Positions 49,333-57,950 of a DNA stretch of 64,000 nt are shown piece by piece. Position numbers and translations under genes: made by a program. The notes under the pieces are model-generated. The model was given only the letters and a program-made list of their open reading frames with translations, did no database searches and had not been told where the DNA came from. The DNA lies in contig CAVWBU010000040.1 in the NCBI GenBank assembly GCA_963753345.1, forward strand, positions 1 through 64,000, in the 5' to 3' direction. The stretch is from an uncultured Fibrobacterota bacterium (GTDB taxonomy: Bacteria > Fibrobacterota > Chitinivibrionia > Chitinivibrionales > FEN-1185). Position 1 is the first letter of the stretch. Every line of letters starts with the position of its first letter.

Positions 49333-51776
49333 GCCTTTTCTCCTTTGTCCGGAATGGTGAAGTAAAAAGTCGATCCCTCACCGGGAGCGGATTCGACCCA
49401 TATTTTTCCTCCATGGCGCTCCACGATTTTCTTGCACACGCTGAGGCCGATGCCGGTGCCTTTGTACTGCGTGCGCGTATGGAGGCGCTGGAATATCATA
49501 AATATACGTTCGAAGTATTGCGGTTCGATGCCGATTCCATTGTCGCGCACGTGCATTTCCCACGCGCGTTCCTTCCGCTGCGCGCCGATATGTACCTTGG
49601 GAGGCCGCGAGCCGTGGAACTTGATTGCGTTGGCCACGAGGTTCTGAAACAGTTGCGCCATCTGCAATGGGTCGGCATTCACAACAGGAAGCGGATCGCT
49701 CTCGACCACGGCGTTGCTTTCCGCAACAAGCGCCTTAAGGTTCGCAAGCGCCCCATCGAGGGCGTCCTGAAGGTTTACCGACGCGAATTCTCCTCCCCGG
49801 GTGCCCACCCGGGAAAAGGTAAGAAGGCCTTCAATGAGGCTTTGCATCCGTTCCGCGCCGTCCACAGAAAAATCGATGTATTCACGGGCCTGGTCGTCCA
49901 ATTTGTCGTAGTATTGGTTCTTAAGCAGGCCCATAAAGCCGCCCACGGCCCGCAGAGGTTCCTGGAGGTCGTGCGAAGCAACGTAGGCGAACTGTTCGAG
50001 GTCTTTGTTGCTGCGCGAAAGGTCCTGTGCCGCGAGGCGGAGGCCTTCCTCGGCCTGCTCGACGGCGTGGCGTGCCTCAATGGCGTCTTTGAGCAGGTTG
50101 AGCGCGGCCCGGCGCGATCCCCGCAGGTCTTTGTTTGCAGCCTCCAATTCGACGGTGCGCGCCGCGACCAGCTCCTCCAGTCGCCGTTGGTGCGCCGCAA
50201 GTTCCTCCTCGGCCCGTTTGCGCGCCGTCACATCGCGCGCAGCAGCAAAAACCCCCAGTACATTGCCGCCTTCGTCTTTGTAAACTGCGGCGTTGTAGAG
50301 GACGTCCGTTAGTGTTCGATCCTTGTGGCGGATGGTAAGGGGATAATCCTGTACCGTGCCTTTTTCGAACACAAGACGGTAGCCGTGACGCGCCTTTTCT
50401 GGTTCCGTAAAGTAAATGGAGAAATCGGTGCCAATGAGGCTCTCCTTGGGGAGGCCCGTTGCCCTGATGGTGGCCTCGTTGACATCGGTGATTTTTCCTT
50501 CAGCCGAGATCGTTACCAGGGGATCGAGAGACGTTTCAAGAAGGTTCCGCGAGTACTGGGCGATTTGTTTCTGAGCCATTGCATCGAGGAGCGCGGCCTC
50601 GATCTTCTTGCGCTCGGTAATGTCCTGGTTGGTGGAAAGAATAAACCCGCGCCCGTTTATCTCAACCGGGTCCATGCTGACGAGTACGTTGCGCAGCATG
50701 CCGGACGTGGTGCGGAATATCATTTCCACGTTGCGTACGTAGCCGTTCTTCTGAAATTCCTTGAGAACGATTTCCCGCTGCCGGGCTTCGGGCATCAGTT
50801 CCAATGCCACGGAAGTTTTGCCGATAACCTCGTCCTTGCGCGCGAAGCCTGTCATGTCGAGCCACGCCTGGTTCACGTCGTACAGCGTTCCACCGGGTAT
50901 GGACGCCAACGACATGCCGATGGGCGCCGCACGGAACATGGTCGAAAACTTCGCTTCGCTCTCCCGCAGCGCCCCTTCGGCCCGCTTGCTTTCGCTGATA
51001 TCGTTAAAAACGATTGCGACGTGACGGTCTTCCGGCCTGCCGATGCGATAGGCATATACCTCGAACCAGCGGTCCAATGCCTTGGCTTCATTGACAAAAC
51101 GCGCCGGCTCGCCCGTGAGCGCGACGTTCCCGTAAATCTCAAACCAATACGCCTCATGGGCCGGGGCAAGCTCGCGCATAAGCTTTCCCTCGGCGTCGTG
51201 CAGCCCGGTCTGCTTTTCAAAGGCTACGTTGATTTCAAGGAAACGGTAATCGGCGGGCCTGCCCTCTTTGTCAAATATCATCTCGATGATACAGAACCCT
51301 TCTTCCATCGTGCTGAACAGATTGTGATACCGTTCCTCGCTGATGCGCAGCGATTCTTCCGTCTTCTTGCGCTCGGTGATGTCGGTATACATGGCGAGAT
51401 TGCCGGTATGTTCGCCGGAGCGGTCGAAAATGGGTGCGTAGCTGCCGATGGCCCAGAGGCGGGAGCCGTCTTTGCGAAGGAAGCAAACTTCAATTTGAAT
51501 ATTGTTCTTCTTTGTAAGTTCCTCTCGTGCGGCAATCACCTTTTCTTTCTGGTCCTCGGGCATGAAATCCAGGCCTATTTTGCCGACCAGTTCGTCGATG
51601 GAATAACCGAGCATGTCCGACATCTTCTTGTTTGCAAACGTAATTCTTCCGTCCAGCCCGCCCATCATGATGCCTTCGTTTGCCGTTTCGATGATGCGGC
51701 GGTATCCTTCTTCGCTTTGCCGCAGAGCCTCCCCACTCGAAACCTGCCCTTTGCTGGAATTGATTTCGGCAATCAT
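49329..51776 (-). CDS. Multi-PAS histidine kinase (phytochrome-type kinase core)
   Basis: Four PAS repeats; FAYVASHDLQEPLR, NLVANAIKF, DNGIGI, GTGIGL. Confidence 0.94.
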   Translation of the reverse strand: MIAEINSSKGQVSSGEALRQSEEGYRRIIETANEGIMMGGLDGRITFANKKMSDMLGYSIDELVGKIGLDFMPEDQKEKVIAAREELTKKNNIQIEVCFLRKDGSRLWAIGSYAPIFDRSGEHTGNLAMYTDITERKKTEESLRISEERYHNLFSTMEEGFCIIEMIFDKEGRPADYRFLEINVAFEKQTGLHDAEGKLMRELAPAHEAYWFEIYGNVALTGEPARFVNEAKALDRWFEVYAYRIGRPEDRHVAIVFNDISESKRAEGALRESEAKFSTMFRAAPIGMSLASIPGGTLYDVNQAWLDMTGFARKDEVIGKTSVALELMPEARQREIVLKEFQKNGYVRNVEMIFRTTSGMLRNVLVSMDPVEINGRGFILSTNQDITERKKIEAALLDAMAQKQIAQYSRNLLETSLDPLVTISAEGKITDVNEATIRATGLPKESLIGTDFSIYFTEPEKARHGYRLVFEKGTVQDYPLTIRHKDRTLTDVLYNAAVYKDEGGNVLGVFAAARDVTARKRAEEELAAHQRRLEELVAARTVELEAANKDLRGSRRAALNLLKDAIEARHAVEQAEEGLRLAAQDLSRSNKDLEQFAYVASHDLQEPLRAVGGFMGLLKNQYYDKLDDQAREYIDFSVDGAERMQSLIEGLLTFSRVGTRGGEFASVNLQDALDGALANLKALVAESNAVVESDPLPVVNADPLQMAQLFQNLVANAIKFHGSRPPKVHIGAQRKERAWEMHVRDNGIGIEPQYFERIFMIFQRLHTRTQYKGTGIGLSVCKKIVERHGGKIWVESAPGEGSTFYFTIPDKGEKA

Positions 51777-53139
51777 TGTTGTTCCTCCCCGAAATCAACA
51801 TCATACGCCGGCGGCCGGCCCAGTTGTTTGCATAAATCGTTGATCTGCTTTTTCAGTTCGATCATGCGCTCTTCGCGGTCCGCCATGGTGCGGTTGAAGA
51901 ATGTAAGCTCCTCATTGCCGGCCTTGAGCTCTTCGGTGCGCAGCCGCAGTTCTTCTTCCCCATGTTTGCGGATTTCTATTTCCCTGTTGAGCTCGTCGCG
52001 CGAGGCGAGCGTGGTTTTCAAATCGTTCGTCATTTTGTCAAACGACCGCGACAGGCTGCCCACCTCGTCCTTCAGATTCAACCCGACTTTGTGATCCAGG
52101 TTGCCGCTGCCGATGATTGCCGCGCCCTTCACCAGCGCATTGATCGGTCCTGAAATGGATTGGGCGATTGAAAACGACATTATGCCGGTGAGAACAAAGA
52201 CAATGATGAGGATGATGAGCACCAAATTTCTCAAACTTGTTACGTCGGCATACGCCTCGGCCGCGTCTATTTTCGCAACCAGTCCCCACTGCATCGAGGG
52301 AATATACCGCCACGCCGCGATCACCTGTTGGCCCCGGTAATCGATTGCCGGGCCATCCCGGTCTTGCCCTCAACGGCCTGTTGAATAGGAAAGGAGGTCA
52401 TATCTCCTATGGTTGCTTTTCTTGACAAGGCAGCTTTGGGATCGTGCCTGAGAGGGTTCAGAAATTCAACCTGGTTGCCGATTTTCCTTCCCACCAGGAC
52501 CTCTCCTGTTTTGCCGAGGCCGGTAACGTCCTGGATAATTCTGTAAATGGGCGTCATGTCGACTTCAAAAACGATGACTCCTCTAAAAACGCCGTCGAAA
52601 TCGGTTGCCGGAGCGGCTATCAGCATCTCGAACCTTTTGTCTTCCGTACTGTCAAAGTAGATTTCGGAAAAGTAAACTCCCTTTTCCCCCTGCTCGAAAG
52701 CGTTCTGTTCCACGTCGAGCCCTTTGGTAAGATCCTTCGAATTATGACCTGGCCTGTTCGCGTAAACGACCTTGCCGTTTGGAAGGACCAGCATGATGTC
52801 GGCCATGTTCGAAACCGCCTGCATATGCTCCAGTTGAACGCCAAGCGCTTTTTTGTAGGCGACAAACTCCGGATCGTTTTCCCCGCCTGCGGCCCGGTTG
52901 AGCACGGAAAAGTTCTTCTTGATAATGTAGAAGCCCTGGGCTATCTCCATGTCCGCTTTGAGTCCGGCAAAGTATTCGTCTATTCTGTCGGCCCTGAACA
53001 CGGTGAGGTCATTCAACTGCGCAAGGCGGTTGTCCTCAAGCGACTTCTTGAAGTTGGTGTAGGTGAGCTCGCTTACCAACAGGAAGGGAATGGTGACAAT
53101 CGCCAGTAATATGATGGTGAGCCGTGACCTTATAGGCAT
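51773..53139 (-). pseudogene. Membrane Cache-HAMP sensor without kinase domain, split by one frameshift (~52350)
   Basis: TM + Cache (TGLGKTGEVLVG); after the frame change IDYRGQQVIAAWRYIP..WGLVAKID, TM, HAMP (DEVGSLSRSFDKM), coiled tail. Confidence 0.8.
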
Positions 53140-53751
53140 AGCAACCCCGTTCCCAATGCCGCGAACAGCAGCGCCGTGTGCAGCGCCATGGCCGAGTTAC
53201 AACCTGGAATAAAATAATAGAGCAGCGGCACGCCGAAAACGTATCCGATAACGGCCAGCAGGCCTGTCCCGCCCACAATCACTCCTGTGGCCGTCGGCTT
53301 GGGCGGCGCCTTGGCCGGATTAATGATGACAACAATGCCTGCCATGGCAATCAGCAGGAAATCGATTATGGTGGGAATGGACGGTATTCCCGGAACCACG
53401 CTCCTTGCGTCGCCGGGGTCCTTTACAAACAGGCTCTCGATCCCGCTTTCGATGCCGAATACGGCGGAGAAAAAGAGCAGGCCCATGAGAAGGGCAAGGG
53501 TAAATGAGGTGATGGAAAGCGCCACCTGCGCCTTTTCAAACTCGCCCTCGCTCGCTCTTGCCAGAAAGTAAAGAGAGATTCCGCTTATCACAAACGCAAA
53601 TGCGGTGGAGAATTTCATGGTGACAAAGGCCGGACCGATGCTCTTGATGAGCACGATGTCGAACAGCCAGCCCGCCATTACTGCGAGTCCCGCGGCGGTG
53701 ACGACGAGACGACAGAACCTTGACGAAAGTATGGTTGGTTTGGTTTGGCAT
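53130..53751 (-). CDS. Multi-TM membrane sensor-like protein, probable frameshift near 53710
   Basis: GWLFD..TMKFSTAFAF..MALHTALLF. N-terminus MPNQTNHTFVKVL joins LVVTAAGLAVMAGW after a 1-nt shift. Confidence 0.7.
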
Positions 53752-53882
53752 AGTCATTCCAAGAACAAAGTCATTGGTCATTGGTCATCAGAAAGAGGTC
53801 ATTGGAAAAAAGTCATTGGGGAAAAGGTTAAGAATATCATTTCTGCATCCTGGTTTCTAATGACAAATGACTAATGACCATT
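53752..53882. repeat. Heptamer tandem repeats in inverted arrangement (left flank)
   Basis: GTCATTG-GTCATTG-GTCATCA (53770) plus further GTCATT units, facing AATGACA-AATGACT-AATGACC (53859). Confidence 0.85.
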
Positions 53883-53887
53883 TTTTA

Positions 53888-54310
53888 TTATTCCGCATCT
53901 CCCGCCTCCGGGGATGGATTCGAGTTCCATTGGGGGCCGCTTTCCGCAACGCCCTGATAGTCGTTCCCGATGGATTTGATATACGCATTGAGCATCCGGC
54001 CGAGACGATTGAGATCCTGCTCGAACTTCCGGTGGTCTTCCCCGGAAATCAACTTTCGTTGTTCGGCCTTAAGGAGCCAAGTCTTGGTTTCGAACAGAGA
54101 TCCTCTGCCGTAGTAGCCGAAGTGCCTGTTCTCCTTGTAATGGAACCTGCCGAACCCCTCGCTGATGTTCGCGGCAATCGAATCCGCCGCCCTTACAAGC
54201 TGCTTCCCTACCGTGTCTTTTGCAAAGGAATCCCAGCGTGCGACCTCGGTCCAAACGCGTTCCCCGATGTCTATGGCGATCCGGTAGACTTCAAGTTCGT
54301 CTAAGGTCAT
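53888..54310 (-). CDS. Four-helix-bundle protein (23S rRNA IVP / TIGR02436 family)
   Basis: LEVYRIA, KQLVRAADSIAANISEGFGR, RGSLFETKTWL, MLNAYIK. Confidence 0.93.
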   Translation of the reverse strand: MTLDELEVYRIAIDIGERVWTEVARWDSFAKDTVGKQLVRAADSIAANISEGFGRFHYKENRHFGYYGRGSLFETKTWLLKAEQRKLISGEDHRKFEQDLNRLGRMLNAYIKSIGNDYQGVAESGPQWNSNPSPEAGDAE

Positions 54311-54335
54311 GTTGAGTTCCGCAGGAAGAAGACGT

Positions 54336-54453
54336 TGGTCATTAGTCATTAGTCATTAGTCCCAGTCAACAGCCACCACTCAAGAGACATTTTCCAACAA
54401 GCGATCAATATTTTCGAATGACCGATGACTGATGACAAATGACCAATGACCAT
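54336..54453. repeat. Heptamer tandem repeats in inverted arrangement (right flank)
   Basis: GTCATTA x3 (54338) facing AATGACC-GATGACT-GATGACA-AATGACC-AATGACC (54417). Confidence 0.85.
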
Positions 54454-54458
54454 TTTCT

Positions 54459-57170
54459 CTATTCCTCCACCTTATACATCGGTTCCATCCCCGCCTTCCC
54501 GCACAACTCGTTCACCTGTTTCTTGAGCTCGACCATGCGGAGCTCGCGGTCCACTGCGACACGGTTGAAACGCGACAATTCCTCGTTGGAAACGCGCAGT
54601 TCCTCCAAGTGCCGAGCAATCTCTTCTTCCGCCTTCTTTCGGTCGGTGATATCGCGCAAGATGACCACCGAGGCAACTTCTCCGTCTATTGTGTAAGCTG
54701 ACACGCGCACGTCCATATCGAACGCCGTTCCGTCTTTCCGAAGGCCGCGGGTTTCGTAACCTGAAGGGGCGGAATCGCCCCGTGCGCGCAGGTGGACGTT
54801 CTCCGCAATTACCGGCCGCTGGGAAGGCGCGATAAGGTCGGTGATCGATTTCCCGATAAGTCCATCGTTGTCTGAGTAGCCGAAAAGCGCAAGGTATGCG
54901 GGATTTGCCGCTATATGTATTCCGGCTTTCGATACACCTATGGCATCGACAGATGTCTCGAAGATGGCCCGAAGCTTGGCCTCGCTTTCCCGCAGCGCCT
55001 CGTCGGCCCGCTTACGTTCGGTGATGTCCGTATGAACCCACAGCCTGCCGAATATTTCTTCACCGATGCGAATAGTCGTGAAATCGCGCAGCATAACCCG
55101 TTCCCCACGCATCACGACTTCTTCGGATTTTACGGGCAGGCCCGCACCGACTATTTCGCCTATGCGGGCCACGGCCGCGTCGGGCTCTTTGTACGACGGC
55201 CGGATCTTGTCGATTATTTCGGCCGCCGACAACCCGGCCAGGCTGTCGGGAGAATCTTTGAGTCCGAAAATATCGCAGAATGCCTGGTTGGCAAATTCCA
55301 CACGGTCTTGGTTGGTAACGAGCAGGATGCCGAAATTCATGTTCGAAAGGATCAGGTAGAACCTCATCAGGGTTGTTTGCAGCTTCTCTTCCAACTGCTT
55401 ACGCTCGGTAATGTCGTGGGCCACTACCGTCGCGCCAGCTACGGCGCCGTCTTTCCAGTGGAACGTGGTGTTCACGAGCGCCCACACGAGGCGCCCGGCC
55501 TTTGTCCGCACCCGGAATTCGGTTGATCCCTCGGGCCGCTCGCCTGCCCGCGCCCTGCGGACCCGGGACTCAAAAACGGCCTTTCCTTCGTCGTCAAGGA
55601 TGTCCTGGGCGGACATGGCGAGCAGCTCGTCGCGCGTGTAGCCGAGGACCCGGCACATCACGTCGTTGACTTCCGTGAAACGCCCGGTGGCGAAATCAAC
55701 GTCATAGATGCCCGCGGGCGCGTACTGGATCAGGTGACGGTACCGTTCTTCGCTTTGGCGCAAGGCCTCTTCCAACACCATGTGCTCGCTGATGTCCTGT
55801 ACCGCCACCGCGCACCCCGCCACCTCGCCGGCCGCGTCCAGGATGGGCGCGGCGCTGTTGTGAACGACGCGTTGCACGCCGTCAAAGCCTGTGATCCGGA
55901 TGATCTGGCCGACAACGGATTCTCCGGTGCGCAACGCCCGGGAAGACGCCCATTCATCGGGCACTATGGTTTTCCCCGTGTCAGCCCATTCCGCCTTGTC
56001 TTGAATGTAATCGCCGATACTTTTTGCAGCCGGCTTTGGGTTGCCCCAGATGGTATCGAACGCCCGATTTGCAAGGACGGTCCCGCCTTGCGTGTCGAGC
56101 ACCGCAACGCCCACGGGAAGGGTCTGCATCACCGCTTCAAGCCGGTTTCTATATTCCACAACCTCGTTCAATTTGTGTTGGGCAAGCTCGTGCGCCGCCT
56201 GCGTCGCCCATTCGGCCTGTTTCTTTTCCGAAATATCGCGGACGGTAAGGACCACATATTCGATTTTCCCTGCATTGTCGAAGACCGGGGCACCGCTGAA
56301 GCTTCCATACCATCGCCGCTTGGTGGGACGGACGTAAACGGAAAACTCCTCGCCCGAAAATGTTTCACCTGCGCAGACCCGGTTCATCGGCAGTTGCCCG
56401 ATCGAAAGTTCTTTGCCGTCCGGGCCGGTCAGGTCCATCGTCTTGGCCTCTGCGGACATCACCCGCAGCATGTCGTCTCTCGATCCGAACCCGAACATGG
56501 CAAGCGCGGCATTGTTCATTTCCGTTATTCTTCCCCGCGCGTCGGCTATCACAAGCCCGTCGTGCGTGACAAGGGCGTCGATGAGTTTGCCGGAGCTGCG
56601 AAGCGCATCCTGGGCTTTCTTCCGGCCGGTAATGTCGAGAAGGGCCACCATGCACCGGTCGCCGGAACCGTCGCTACCGCGCACCACCGTGCTTTCGACC
56701 TGACACCTGATGGCGGGACCGTCGCCGTAGCAGCAATCGAGCTCGCATGACTGCTTTTCGTCGCCGACAAACATCCGCCGGCGGAACCTGAACCAGTCCT
56801 CCTGGCTTTCGCGGGATACCATGCCGGAAAATTGTGTGCGGCCATCCTTGATTTTTGAGCGGTTGAGGCCGAACATTTTCACGGCGGTCAGGTTCGCCTC
56901 GGTTATCCGGGTTTCGCCGTCCAGGGTGAGATACCCCACCGGCGCAAAATCGTACAGCTCCGCAAAACGGTCGCGGGACTCCACGAGTTCGAGCTGCGCC
57001 CTCCTAAGGTCCTCGTTTTGCATTTCCAGCTCGGTCTCGTACACTTGCAGCTCGTGAAGGAGTTTCTGCACGTCGGCCGTCTTTAACGGGGGCGCGGAAG
57101 CCGGGTTTTCCCTTAGTATCGCTTCGGCGTCCTTGCGGAGCTGGGCGATGGAGCGGACTGGAGAATTCAT
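54459..57170 (-). CDS. Multi-PAS sensor protein lacking a kinase domain
   Basis: LLHELQVYETELEMQNEDL..LYDFAPVGY, about six PAS repeats, ends in DRELRMVELKKQVNELC; no H-box or ATPase domain. Confidence 0.88.
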   Translation of the reverse strand: MNSPVRSIAQLRKDAEAILRENPASAPPLKTADVQKLLHELQVYETELEMQNEDLRRAQLELVESRDRFAELYDFAPVGYLTLDGETRITEANLTAVKMFGLNRSKIKDGRTQFSGMVSRESQEDWFRFRRRMFVGDEKQSCELDCCYGDGPAIRCQVESTVVRGSDGSGDRCMVALLDITGRKKAQDALRSSGKLIDALVTHDGLVIADARGRITEMNNAALAMFGFGSRDDMLRVMSAEAKTMDLTGPDGKELSIGQLPMNRVCAGETFSGEEFSVYVRPTKRRWYGSFSGAPVFDNAGKIEYVVLTVRDISEKKQAEWATQAAHELAQHKLNEVVEYRNRLEAVMQTLPVGVAVLDTQGGTVLANRAFDTIWGNPKPAAKSIGDYIQDKAEWADTGKTIVPDEWASSRALRTGESVVGQIIRITGFDGVQRVVHNSAAPILDAAGEVAGCAVAVQDISEHMVLEEALRQSEERYRHLIQYAPAGIYDVDFATGRFTEVNDVMCRVLGYTRDELLAMSAQDILDDEGKAVFESRVRRARAGERPEGSTEFRVRTKAGRLVWALVNTTFHWKDGAVAGATVVAHDITERKQLEEKLQTTLMRFYLILSNMNFGILLVTNQDRVEFANQAFCDIFGLKDSPDSLAGLSAAEIIDKIRPSYKEPDAAVARIGEIVGAGLPVKSEEVVMRGERVMLRDFTTIRIGEEIFGRLWVHTDITERKRADEALRESEAKLRAIFETSVDAIGVSKAGIHIAANPAYLALFGYSDNDGLIGKSITDLIAPSQRPVIAENVHLRARGDSAPSGYETRGLRKDGTAFDMDVRVSAYTIDGEVASVVILRDITDRKKAEEEIARHLEELRVSNEELSRFNRVAVDRELRMVELKKQVNELCGKAGMEPMYKVEE

Positions 57171-57219
57171 GGCTGACTTCCTTGTAATGAAATTGAACTC
57201 TGATTTGACTAGACCTTCG

Positions 57220-57320
57220 TAACCTCTCCCCCGGCCCCTCTCCTGCCAGAGAGGGGAAAATGCAACCTGTCGCCTTTTCAAAGTCCCTCTCTGATAGGAG
57301 AGGGATTTAGGGAGAGGTTA
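57220..57320. repeat. Nested palindromic repeat, copy 1
   Basis: TAACCTCTCCC...GGGAGAGGTTA ends; internal hairpins CCCCTCTC-N6-GAGAGGGG and CCCTCTC-N6-GAGAGGG. Confidence 0.88.
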
Positions 57321-57728
57321 TCCTATGTCCATTCCAATCCTAATCTTCACGTTTTCCTCTATTTGCTTCACAACGTTATCAACGGAATTTAACACCTCGT
57401 CATTCCAGAACCGCATTTCATCCAAACCTCTCAAAGCAAACACATTCCGCCGATGTTCGTCAATCAGTTTCTGTTCTTCTGAGACATGAACTTCTCCATC
57501 GACCTCCACCACTAACTTGGCCTGATGACAAAAAAAGTCTACGATGAACCCTTCTATAATTTGTTGCCTTCTGAATTTAAGACCTAAAATCTGTTTCCGT
57601 CTCACCTGTTCCCAAAGTTTTGTTTCCGCCTCCGTCATTTTCTGACGCAGGTGTCTTGCCTGCCGAAGCTTGTACTTGTCAACGCGTTGAAGGAGGATTA
57701 CTCCGCTGCTTGATTCGGATTTTCTCAT
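57318..57728 (-). CDS. DUF559 (Vsr-like) endonuclease domain protein
   Basis: ARHLRQKMTEAETKLW, KFRRQQII, FIVDF, VEVDGEVH, RFWNDEV. Confidence 0.92.
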   Translation of the reverse strand: MRKSESSSGVILLQRVDKYKLRQARHLRQKMTEAETKLWEQVRRKQILGLKFRRQQIIEGFIVDFFCHQAKLVVEVDGEVHVSEEQKLIDEHRRNVFALRGLDEMRFWNDEVLNSVDNVVKQIEENVKIRIGMDIG

Positions 57729-57739
57729 AGTAAGATTTG

Positions 57740-57950
57740 TAACCTCTCCCCCGGCCCCTCTCCTACCAGAGAGGGGGAAATGCAACCTGTCGCTTTTTCA
57801 AAGTCCCTCTCTGATAGGAAAGATGATTCTTGTAATTTTTGTTCCAACCTCTCCCCCGGCCTTTTCATCCTACCAAAGAGGGGAGAAAGACATTTCGGCT
57901 GACTTCTTCAAAGTCCCTCTCTGGTAGGAGAGGGATTTAGGGAGAGGTTG
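57740..57950. repeat. Nested palindromic repeat, copies 2 (57740-57822, truncated) and 3 (57845-57950)
   Basis: Copy 2 is near-identical to copy 1; copy 3 has CAACCTCTCCC...GGGAGAGGTTG ends. Confidence 0.88.

Noticed and set aside
53888-54310. Diversity-generating retroelement (Avd-like protein)
   Set aside because: No reverse transcriptase and no template/variable repeat pair with adenine-specific mismatches seen in the window.
57171-57281. Extended N-termini of the PAS protein (start 57281) and DUF559 (start 57785)
   Set aside because: These extensions translate the palindromic repeat; ATGs at 57170 and 57728 are more plausible.
53752-57950. CRISPR array from the heptamer or CCCTCTC repeats
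   Set aside because: No constant repeat with unique equal-length spacers and no cas genes.
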